Sequence record: SRR20825019_1657
Length of the DNA: 48,617 nt
Strand: one strand, 5' to 3'
Made by a program: the position numbers and the translations under genes. Below, one piece after another: positions 20,415 to 29,300 of this stretch. The notes under the pieces were generated by a model. That model saw only the letters and a program-made list of their open reading frames with translations. It did not search any database and was not told where the DNA came from. How positions within the stretch are numbered: the first letter of the stretch is position 1; each line of letters opens with the position of its first letter.

Positions 20415-20431
20415 GTCACTTACTCGTCACA
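20415..20431. promoter_or_regulatory. Pho-box-like GTCAC direct repeats (11 bp apart)
   Basis: GTCACttactcGTCACa upstream of the 20361 start. Confidence 0.4.
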
Positions 20432-20496
20432 CAAGCGCACTTCCCTCAAATCATTCGATACTTCGGTAACACCTTAGCTATCTGTTGTTAGCTAAA

Positions 20497-21699
20497 TTAC
20501 AGGCTCTCGAGCGCCCTCACCGGTTGCATCGAGGCCCCTTCCGCTGAATCGCCCCCGCCCGCGATCAGGATTCCCACGAGGTGACCATAAAAATACACCG
20601 TCACCGTGCCGCTCTGCGCCAGCGGATAGAGATCGACCGCTTCTCCGGCCAAAGCCCGACCGATCGACCACTGGCGGCCCTCAAAATAAAAGCCGCCTTT
20701 ATCCGAAACCCGCCGCGACACCGTGCCGGCCGGAGGCTCTGCCCGCACGGGCTGATCCAACCGACGGGGACTCGGACGATATCGAGCCGATGCCGAGCTA
20801 CGGCCCTCTTCTCCGTGCACCCGTGGACCATTCTGTCGATCCGCCCATTCCATTAATCGCCCGCGCCAACGCGCCAAAACCTCATGGGGAGGTCTCGCCA
20901 ATGGCGCAGCCTCATCGGCAGGATCAACGATCCGCCGACGCAACAACGCCCCCACATCACTCCCCGACGGCAATCCCCTGAGCTTCGTCTGCAATCCCGT
21001 CCAGACCGCATCCTGAGTGGGCGGTTGTTCGATCGAGCCAAATTCCACCGCTACCCCGACCTTTAAAATATCAACCATCAGGGGGGTATACTTCTGAGCC
21101 GGCATTCCCTTTGCCGCATTCTCCCGGACAGGGATCACCCACCGCAAACTCCGGGGCAAGCCATGCCGCTCAAATGACTTCCAAATGATTTCGCGACACC
21201 CCTCCTCTCCACGTTCAGCGAGCACCTCCGCCGCCAACACAAAGCCCGTGGCTCGATCTCGCAGCACGTAAGCCCGATGATTCCACCCACCCGACACCGT
21301 CACGGGCCCCATCTCCAATCCCCAACCGTCATTGGGCGCCGCCCGCCCCTCGGATTCGGCCGCTGCCATTCTCCGCCGCATCGCTTCAATCGTGGTAATC
21401 GCCGGCACGGGATCCACTCCTTCCGACTCCAACTCGCGACGCACCCGACCATTGGTCCAATCCGGGTGCACCGACAACAACTCGCCCACCCGCCGCTCAA
21501 TCTCAGGTGCCGTGCGACGGGGATGGGAGTGCGGCACCCGGTCCCGTTCCAACAATCCCAACGGCCCCTCAGCCCGAAAGCGGTTTAACCATTTATATCC
21601 CGTCTTCCGACTAATCCCGAAACGCGCGCACACTTGCGCAAAGGGCAATCGCCCCTCTTCTGCTAATTTAATAAAACGTTCACGCACGAGGAGTATCAA
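20497..21699 (-). CDS. IS481-family transposase-derived protein with degenerate catalytic core
   Basis: IS481 N-terminal HTH 'CARFGISRKTGYKWLNRF…PHSHPRRT', 'APNDGW', 'FERHGLPRSL', C-terminal 'YRPSPRRL…RRVSDKGGFYFEG'; DDE positions substituted. Confidence 0.75.
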   Translation of the reverse strand: MILLVRERFIKLAEEGRLPFAQVCARFGISRKTGYKWLNRFRAEGPLGLLERDRVPHSHPRRTAPEIERRVGELLSVHPDWTNGRVRRELESEGVDPVPAITTIEAMRRRMAAAESEGRAAPNDGWGLEMGPVTVSGGWNHRAYVLRDRATGFVLAAEVLAERGEEGCREIIWKSFERHGLPRSLRWVIPVRENAAKGMPAQKYTPLMVDILKVGVAVEFGSIEQPPTQDAVWTGLQTKLRGLPSGSDVGALLRRRIVDPADEAAPLARPPHEVLARWRGRLMEWADRQNGPRVHGEEGRSSASARYRPSPRRLDQPVRAEPPAGTVSRRVSDKGGFYFEGRQWSIGRALAGEAVDLYPLAQSGTVTVYFYGHLVGILIAGGGDSAEGASMQPVRALESL

Positions 21700-21835
21700 T
21701 AGAGGGAGCTACGTCCTCATTTCAATCTCTGCACGTAGCAATTTTGTCACAAACCGGTGTCGGCGGCGATGAGAGACACTGCGTTGCGTTCATCTCTTGA
21801 TCCTCAGCAACCGAAGAGACGACCCGAGGCATAAA

Positions 21836-21862
21836 GGTAGGGCACGACCGCTGGGCACGCCG
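21836..21862 (+). repeat. GTAG-type REP half-site
   Basis: ggtagggcacgaccgctgggcacgccg, 22/27 identical to 28593-28619. Confidence 0.55.
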
Positions 21863-22096
21863 CGGATGTTCGACAGGTTCGCCTCCTCCTGTCCGCACCG
21901 CCACCCTCTCACTCGTATCAATATAGAGTCTGGACGAATCCCCATAAAACCCTAGGAATATCCTCACCCCTTCGATAATAGCCCCTCCCCCGATTATCAT
22001 GCTTTCCTTCCGAGCAATCTCCGGAAACACCTCACACGCCATGAGTTTCAATGACTCTTTGCCTACTAAAAATACCGGCAAATATACAATTTATTG

Positions 22097-22115
22097 TGCC
22101 TAAACAACGATAGCT
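22097..22115 (+). other. attI-like integron site (or right half of a decayed attC)
   Basis: TGCCTAAACAAC-GATAGCT resembles attI1 GCCCTAAAACAAA-GTTRRRY; lies 10 bp before the first cassette ATG. Confidence 0.45.
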
Positions 22116-22125
22116 AAAATAATTT

Positions 22126-22431
22126 ATGCCCGGTCCAAAACTGAAATTTCCCAATACGAAAGATTATGCCGCGAAGCACATCGTTGTGCTTTGCCCCGCA
22201 GACCGAGTTCTCGGTCTTTACGAACAAGGAGCTGGCGTCAAAGCGCAGCGCATCGCGAAGAAAGTAAAAGCCTAGTTTACCGCAGAAGCGCAGAAGCAAG
22301 GATGGGCAGGTTGCGAGTTTGTGCCAGAGGTTCAGTCCACCCATGGAGCCGGAGCGATTCTACTGAATCCTCTTTCGACGAAGGTTACTGTGAATCAAAT
22401 TGTGATCCAGCTTCCCAAAGCAGAAAAGTAA
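22126..22431 (+). pseudogene. Cassette 1 ORF (101 codons) with one internal TAG
   Basis: MPGPKLKFPNTKDYAAKHIVVLCP…KKVKA*FTAEAQKQGWAGCEFVPEVQSTHGAGAILL…KAEK*; TAG at 22273-22275; ORF fills the space between att sites; absent from ORF track. Confidence 0.65.
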
Positions 22432-22433
22432 GA

Positions 22434-22494
22434 GGCTATCAAATCACCGCAGCCAACGGCGGCCAGCCGTCGCGTCTGAGTTCAAACGTTGGTT
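22434..22494 (+). other. attC site 1
   Basis: R'' GGCTATC, 5 bp, L'' ACCGCAGC, hairpin acggc-ggcca-gccgt, L' TCTGAGT, 6 bp, R' GTTGGTT. Confidence 0.7.
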
Positions 22495-22522
22495 TCAGAA
22501 AATTAAAGAACCGCACATTCCT

Positions 22523-23140
22523 ATGTCATTACCCGAAGCTAACATCAACAATACTGGATCGCTGTCGAAGTTCTTGGATGCGATCAAAACCGCAGGAGTG
22601 CCAGACCGAGTAACTTTCGAATTCCTCAAAACCATTGGCTTCAAGAGCAGCAATGATCGACCGATCATCGGGATCATGAAGGGAATCGGCTTCCTTGACG
22701 GCAATGGAACGCCGACTGAACTGTATAAAGCTTATCGCGGCCATGATGGTCCGAAGGTTCTCGCGAAGGCGCTTGAGAACTCCTACTCGGATATTTTTCT
22801 CGCGCACACGAAGGCGCAGACTCTTCCCCTTGATAAGCTGAAGGGCATCATCGCCAGCAAATCCAACAAAGGCGATGCAACGGTTGAGCGAATTGCACGA
22901 ACGTTTCAAATTCTTGCGAAGGCTGCGGATTTCTCCGAGGAACCTACAGTATCACACGAGAAGGAAGTAAACGGTGAGCCAGAAGAAACTCCGCCCCCCA
23001 CGCCACCGAATGTGGTTCAACCGACATTGCCAGGGCACACACCATCCTTTCATTACAACATCGAGATTCACTTGCCTACCACCACCGACGTCACCGTCTA
23101 CAATGCGATCTTTAAGAGCCTGAAAGAGAACCTACTCTGA
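22523..23140 (+). CDS. DUF5343-like protein
   Basis: 'AGVPDRVTFEFLKTIGFKSSNDRPIIGIMKGIGFLDGNGTPTELY', Pro-rich linker, C-terminal 'HYNIEIHLP…VYNAIFKSLKENL'. Confidence 0.75.
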   Translation: MSLPEANINNTGSLSKFLDAIKTAGVPDRVTFEFLKTIGFKSSNDRPIIGIMKGIGFLDGNGTPTELYKAYRGHDGPKVLAKALENSYSDIFLAHTKAQTLPLDKLKGIIASKSNKGDATVERIARTFQILAKAADFSEEPTVSHEKEVNGEPEETPPPTPPNVVQPTLPGHTPSFHYNIEIHLPTTTDVTVYNAIFKSLKENLL

Positions 23141-23730
23141 TGAAAGATTCTCTGAGTCAGACGAAAGACTTTGTATTCCGAGGGTTGTTGTCACTCGATT
23201 CCTTACAACAACTAGAGAGCAGTGGCGTTTACCTCCGCGATTCCCACAAACGGCTTGGCTCTGCCCTTGCTGAACTGACGTTTGCCGAGTTTAGTGCGCC
23301 AATCCGAGATGGCGCGGAGAAGATGGCCCGCCTTTACGTTGCGTTCTTCTGCTTCGAAAATTCAGTTCGAGAACTCGTAGCTCAGAAGCTTCGCGACGCC
23401 CACGGTGATACTTGGTGGGACACTAACGTGCCTCCGCTGATACGTAGCAAGGTGGAAAACCGAAAGAAACAAGAGGAGAAGAACAAGTGGCACCAACCAA
23501 GAAGCAGAGCCAACATCAACTACACAGACTTCGGGGATATGCCAGGCATAATCCTGAACAATTGGGCGCTGTTTGAAGACATGTTCGATTCTCAAGAGTG
23601 GGTGAAGGCTCGATTTGGTGACATGGAGAAGGCTCGTAACGTCATAGCCCACAACAATGTCCTTGAGGATGCAGAATTGGAGAGGATTCGCCTCTATCTA
23701 CAGGATTGGGCGCGTATAGCTGGTCTCTGA
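23140..23730 (+). CDS. Swt1-like HEPN domain protein (putative RNase)
   Basis: 'FENSVRELV…HGDTWW', 'YTDFGD…IILNNWALF', intact RxxxxH 'RNVIAH'; TGATG overlap with upstream gene. Confidence 0.8.
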   Translation: MKDSLSQTKDFVFRGLLSLDSLQQLESSGVYLRDSHKRLGSALAELTFAEFSAPIRDGAEKMARLYVAFFCFENSVRELVAQKLRDAHGDTWWDTNVPPLIRSKVENRKKQEEKNKWHQPRSRANINYTDFGDMPGIILNNWALFEDMFDSQEWVKARFGDMEKARNVIAHNNVLEDAELERIRLYLQDWARIAGL

Positions 23731-23740
23731 AGTGAAAGAA

Positions 23741-23800
23741 GCACAGCAAGACGTGGCACATCAACGCGCTTCTCCCGCGAGTGCACTTTGCACGTTAACC
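23741..23800 (+). other. attC site 2 (degenerate R'')
   Basis: GCACAGC-AAGAC-GTGGCAC…cgcg-cttctcc-cgcg…GTGCAC-tttgcac-GTTAACC, directly followed by the next start codon. Confidence 0.6.
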
Positions 23801-24313
23801 GTGAAGAAATACCTACTAATTCTATTCCCGCTTCTGTGCTTCGGTAAGTTACCCCCAACCCAAGCCGAAGCACAGGCGCTTTTTGATCGCGCTGTCGCCG
23901 CTGTGGACCACGCCGAAGCAGAATATATCTCCTTCGATTCCGCGACCGGTGACGAATCATTGAGTCCAATTTGGGAAAGTCATTCCCGGGACGAAATTAA
24001 TATGCTGATCCAATATTTCCGGCTCGAAGTGCCTCCACCTGAGAGACGGTTGGTCGATGGGGAGGAAGTCCTATCTTATAAAACATTCCGATGCGGTTGC
24101 AGGGGCGAATTCATCATCACTCTAAGAAAGGAGAACGAAAAGCTCTTGTCGTTTGGATTCACTCATGGAGAGCACATTGGTTCCGTTGAGATTCTGGAAA
24201 ATTCAGCGATCCGCATAGATCGGAATTCCGCCGCTCCGTTTTACTCCATGCTTGTTGAGGCAGTAAAAAAATTAGAGGCGAAAAAAGGCGTCAATGCGAC
24301 GCCCTTGCGGTAA
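23801..24313 (+). CDS. Exported hypothetical protein (cassette 3)
   Basis: GTG start MKKYLLILFPLLCFG signal-like peptide; CGCRG motif; 3' end runs into an attC-like sequence. Confidence 0.65.
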   Translation: MKKYLLILFPLLCFGKLPPTQAEAQALFDRAVAAVDHAEAEYISFDSATGDESLSPIWESHSRDEINMLIQYFRLEVPPPERRLVDGEEVLSYKTFRCGCRGEFIITLRKENEKLLSFGFTHGEHIGSVEILENSAIRIDRNSAAPFYSMLVEAVKKLEAKKGVNATPLR

Positions 24314-24359
24314 GCGAGGCATAATTCTCGGTAGCCCCCGCTAGCACCAAACGTCAGAA
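24277..24359 (+). other. attC site 3, strongly decayed
   Basis: ggcgaaaaaaggcgtcaatgcgacgcc … gcaccaaacGTCAGAA; both core sites deviate from consensus. Confidence 0.35.
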
Positions 24360-24545
24360 CTGACTACTTAACTGGACAATCGGGACCAAACGCTCACCAG
24401 GAACCCATTCCCTAAACAAGTCTCTCATTCGCAGCAGTGCGGATCTGTGCCCATCCGCGTTCATCGGCGGTTAAAAAACAGCCGGAGAGGAATTCACGAT
24501 TTCTCGGTCTTAATCTTAGACCATAAACACACTGCGTAAGCCTCC

Positions 24546-26102
24546 TCAAAGATAGTTACGCGTGGGCATTTCCCGATGCTTGGGCTGGGCTGAATTGGGC
24601 GCGAAGCCATCACTCGCCAAAGGGTAAGTCGATTTGCCCATGACCTCTCCCGTGAGCTTCACTCCGGGCTGGGTATTCACCAAACGGCGTGTGGTCGCAT
24701 TCCAATCGAGCAGCTTGCCGCGCGATTCCATGACGATGGATTGATGCGCCTCATCCTGAGCGAGATTGTGCAGCTCATCCGGATCGGCCTCCATGTCGTA
24801 AAGTTCGTCGTGATTGCTGCCGCCAAACATCGCTTCGGGATAGTGAACATAGCGCCACTTACTCCAGCGGATCGCCTTGCTCCACGGGTTCTCCGTGACG
24901 GCCACGGCCTTGCCTGTCGCAGCCTCGCCCGTGAGTTGCGGGGTGATGTCCACGCCGTCAGTGGTTTCAAATCCTTCGACTCCGCAGAGCGAGGCTAGGG
25001 TCGGCGCCATGTCGATATTCTCGATCAGCCCATCATGCACCGCGCCTTGCGGCGTCAGACCGGGCACACGCCAGATCATTGGCACGCGGCAGACCGCATC
25101 CGAACAGATCCCGGGGGCCTTCTCCTGAATACCATGCATCCCGTGATACGCGCCGTGATCGCTGCCGTAGATCACAATCGTATCGTCCTCCAAGCCGTGC
25201 TCGCGCAGAAATTTGAGCAACCGGCCGACGACATCATCCATCTGCGTTACGCAGGCGAGCGTGCCGCGCCAGGCGCGACGAGCGCAGTCGTGAAACGTAT
25301 CACCCGGCTTCGCCTGTTCCCATTCCATCGCGCGGAACCGTTTCCACATCTCCTGAAAATGCGGCGGACGGCCCGTCGGTTCACGATCCACCGTCGGCGG
25401 CAGGGGCAGATCAGCCGGATACCTGTCCAAAAATTCCTGCTGCGGAATCAGCGGATGATGCGGGCGCTGCAGCGCGATCTGAATACAGAACGGTTTATCA
25501 ATATCTTCGGCGATAAACTCCGTGGCCTTGCGCTCCGCCCAGCGCTCCATCGTGTGTTCGTAGGGTAGCTTCGACGGACAGGCATCGTTCGGGAGCGACG
25601 AACCGTAAGGACTGTTGTAGTTGCGCCAGCTGTCCTCCAAATCGCGCAGCCCGAGACTCGTGAGCTCATCAAGATAGTCGGATTTACCAATTTCCCCATC
25701 AGCGGTTTCATACGAATCGCCGAAGGTGTCCACATCGTCGGCGATCCAGTTGCGCGGCGAGTTGGGTAAATGCAATTTTCCGTAGGCCGCCGTGCGATAT
25801 CCCGCCGTCTTGAAGTGACGAAACAGATTAGGCAGGCCCGGTTTCACCGGTCCGGACAGACCGTAGTAACCGTGATTCTGACAATACTGTCCGCTCAAGA
25901 TGCTCACGCGACTGGGCGTGCAAATCGGATTCTGACAATACGCATTCGAAAACCGCACGCCTTCCGCCGCGAGCCCGTCGATATGCGGCGTTTGCACTCC
26001 ATACCGATCCCCCGCGCACCCCATCCAATCGGCATGATGCTGGTCAGCCAGAATCATGAGCACATTACGACGACGCGGAGCAGGGGTAGAATCAGCAGAC
26101 AT
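24546..26102 (-). CDS. Sulfatase (formylglycine-dependent, S1)
   Basis: ILADQH, CTPSR, YGKLH, SDHG motifs. Confidence 0.93.
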   Translation of the reverse strand: MSADSTPAPRRRNVLMILADQHHADWMGCAGDRYGVQTPHIDGLAAEGVRFSNAYCQNPICTPSRVSILSGQYCQNHGYYGLSGPVKPGLPNLFRHFKTAGYRTAAYGKLHLPNSPRNWIADDVDTFGDSYETADGEIGKSDYLDELTSLGLRDLEDSWRNYNSPYGSSLPNDACPSKLPYEHTMERWAERKATEFIAEDIDKPFCIQIALQRPHHPLIPQQEFLDRYPADLPLPPTVDREPTGRPPHFQEMWKRFRAMEWEQAKPGDTFHDCARRAWRGTLACVTQMDDVVGRLLKFLREHGLEDDTIVIYGSDHGAYHGMHGIQEKAPGICSDAVCRVPMIWRVPGLTPQGAVHDGLIENIDMAPTLASLCGVEGFETTDGVDITPQLTGEAATGKAVAVTENPWSKAIRWSKWRYVHYPEAMFGGSNHDELYDMEADPDELHNLAQDEAHQSIVMESRGKLLDWNATTRRLVNTQPGVKLTGEVMGKSTYPLASDGFAPNSAQPKHREMPTRNYL

Positions 26103-26387
26103 GATTCAACATTCCCAAAATTCCCGCGAGGCAGGCAACCCCGAACCTGTGAGTTAAACCCAAACTCGACTAAAACACCCCGAATCCCTCTCACTTCGAT
26201 CATTTGAACCGGTCAGCCAGATCCTCCGGCGGCATTTCACCCGAAAGAAAAGAGACGAAAATTCTAAAGCTGCGCTACGACTTCACTTCAGCTCAGCTAC
26301 AAAACGCACTCAGCTCCGAATGCGGCCATGCTAGGCGTGGACATCATCCATGCCGTGTTTCAAGGTAGCCCGAACGAATTCCCCATT

Positions 26388-29300
26388 GTGACCACCGATA
26401 TCGCACCTTCTCCATCTCTTCTCACCGACCTCGCCTCCCGCCTCACCGGCGAACTGCACTACGATCATGCGATGCGGACGCTCTATGCGACGGACGCATC
26501 GGAGTATCAATCGCTGCCCCTCGCGGTCGCGTTGCCACACACCGAAGCGGATGTTCGCGAACTGATTCTCTTCGCAAACGAACATCGCGTGGGGCTGATT
26601 CCCCGTGGAGCGGGAACGTCCCTCGCCGGGCAGGTCGTCGGCGATGGGATCGTCGTCGATCTCGGGCGTCACCTGAATCGCATTCTCTCCTTCGATCCGG
26701 AAACCCATCGCGTGCGCGTGCAGCCGGGGGTGGTGCGCAACGATCTCAATCTTTACCTCAAACCGCACGGCCGTCTCTTCGGCCCGGAAACCTCCACCGC
26801 CAATCGCGCGATGATCGGCGGCATGGTTGGCAACAATTCCTGCGGCTCCAATTCCATCGTCTACGGCAGCACCCGCGATCATCTCATCACCGCGCGCGGT
26901 TTTCTGAGCGATGGCTCCGAAGCGACCTTCGGCCCGCTCACCACGGAAGAGTTCCACGCCAAATGCGCCGCGCCGGATTCCCTGGAGACGCGGATCTACT
27001 GTTTCGTGCGCGACCTGTTGGGCGACGACGCCAATCGCACCCTCATCCGCGACAATTTCCCGAAACCCACCGTCACGCGCCGCAATACCGGCTACGCGCT
27101 CGACCAGCTCTTCGATTGCGGGGTCTTCGATCCGGAGTCGGACAAACCGTTCAATCTCTGCCGGCTCCTCGCCGGTTCCGAGGGCACGTTGTTCTTCGGC
27201 GTCGAGTTCGAGCTGAACAGCGAACCGATCCCTCCGGCCAGCACGCTGATGTGCGCGCACTTCGAGACGATCCACGATTCGCTCAAAGCCACGTTGATCG
27301 CGATGAAGCATCAGCCCTTCGGGTGCGAATTGATCGATCGCCACATCCTCGAATGCACCAAGGCCAATCTCGAACACGCGAAGAATCGTTTCTTCGTTGA
27401 AGGTGATCCGGGAGCCGTGCTCGTGGTTGAGATTCGTCACGAGGATAAGGCGCATGTCGCCTCAGAGATGGCTGCCATCGAAAGCGAAATGCGCGCCGCC
27501 GGCCTCGGTTACGCGTTTCCCGTGTTGCATGGGGCCGACACGGACAAGGTTTGGGAGCTGCGTCGGGCGGGTCAGGGTCTGATGAACAACGTCGAGGGTC
27601 CGGCCAAGCCTCGCGAAAATGTCGAGGACACCGCCGTGGCCGTGGAGGATCTGCCCGCCTATATCGAGGAGTTCGATGCGCTCATGCGCGAGAAATACAA
27701 GATCAGCTGCGTCTACTACGCGCACGCCGGGGCGGGCGAATTGCACACGCGGCCGCTCTTCAATCTCAAGACGAGCGAAGGCCTGAAGATGTTTCGCGAT
27801 GTCGCCACCGATGTCGCTGCGCTGGTCAAAAAATACCGCGGCTCGCTATCCGGCGAACACGGTGACGGACGCCTGCGTGGCGAGTTTTTAAAGTTCATGG
27901 TCGGCGACGAATGCTATGCGATGATGCAGCGTGTGAAGGCGACCTTCGATCCGCAGGGAATTTTCAATCCCGACAAGATCATCGGCACGCCGCCGATGGA
28001 TACGTCGTTGCGTCACCAGCAGGATGTCGCGGAACCGGAACATGAAACTCTCTTCGATTTTTCGGCCAGCGAAGGCGTGCTCGCCGCCACCGAGAAATGC
28101 ACCGGCGTCGGCGAATGCCGCAAGTCGCACCAGATGGGCGGCACGATGTGCCCGAGCTACATGGCCACGCGCAACGAAAAGGACACCACCCGCGCCCGCG
28201 CCAATATCCTGCGCGACGTGCTGTCCAAACCGATTGGCAACAACAACCCGTGGGACAGCCGCGAAGTTTCCGCCGTGATGGATCTGTGTTTGTCCTGCAA
28301 GGGCTGTAAATCCGAGTGCCCGTCCAACGTTGACGTCGCGCGCCTCAAGGCCGAATGGCAGCAGCATTATTACGATGCTAACGGCGTGCCGTTCCGCTCG
28401 CGCCTGATCGCCAACTTCACGCGCAGCATGAAACTCGCGGCCCTCGCGCCCGGCATTTACAATTGGGTGGTCAAATCCCCCACCCTCTCTTCGCTAATGA
28501 AACGCGTGTCCGGGTTCGCGCCGGAACGCAGCCTGCCACCGTTGCACCAAACGACTTTGGAGGCATGGCACGCCAAGAACGCCAACAAAACAGGTAGAGC
28601 ACGACCTCCAGGCGCGCCGGGTAACAACGGCCTGCTCGGAGATCAGGCCCTACCGGAAAAGAACGGGGCCGTAGGCCGCCAGCTCGCTGGCGCTCAATCA
28701 AGCCCTGACGCCACACACCCTACGCGAGCAAGCTCGCTGCCCACGAATCTCGATCTTTTCCCCAACGGTCAGGTCTACCTGTTCTGTGACGAATTCACCA
28801 ATTACAACGACACGCCGGTCGGCATCAAAGCGATCGAACTGCTCAACCGTCTCGGCTACGAGGTCATCATCCCCGAACACGTCGAAAGCGGACGCGCCCA
28901 TTTCTCGAAAGGGCTCGTGCGCGAGGCCCGGGAATTTGCGATTTCCAATGTCGAGCTGCTCGGGGATGTCGTCTCCGAAGGCACCCCGTTGATCGGACTC
29001 GAACCGTCGGCTCTCCTCAGCTTCCGCGACGAATATCCCGATCTCGTGCCGTCCGAACTAAAAAGCGCGGCACGGGCACTCGCGAAAAACGCCTTGCTGA
29101 TCGAAGAGTTTATCGCCCGTGAAGCCGATGCCGGTCGCATCACCAGCCAATCGTTCACCGATCGGCCACAGGCGATTAAGCTGCATGGGCACTGTCACCA
29201 AAAGTCGCTTTCCTCGCTCACGCCGGCAGTGAAGATGCTTGAGCTGCCCGCTGGCTACAATGTGCAGATGATCCCCTCCGGCTGTTGCGGCATGGCCGGT

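Larger units (their letters stand above)
22109..24359 (+). mobile_element. Integron cassette array lacking integrase (CALIN-like), three cassettes
   Basis: Short co-oriented, visibly lower-GC genes each followed by an attC-like imperfect palindrome; no tyrosine recombinase in the window. Confidence 0.65.

Noticed and set aside
20497-21699. Active IS481 insertion sequence
   Set aside because: Catalytic residues appear lost; no paired terminal repeats or target duplication found
21722-22081. 119-aa minus ORF in the position where intI would be expected
   Set aside because: No tyrosine-recombinase motifs, and it runs through a REP half-site; probably non-coding
22059-22090. Possible cassette promoter (TTGCCT … TATACA/TACAAT)
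   Set aside because: Spacing of 18-20 bp and imperfect -10; not supportable without TSS data
22191-22613. 140-aa plus ORF from the track
   Set aside because: Crosses attC1 and overlaps the DUF5343-like gene; the 22126-22431 frame fits the cassette better
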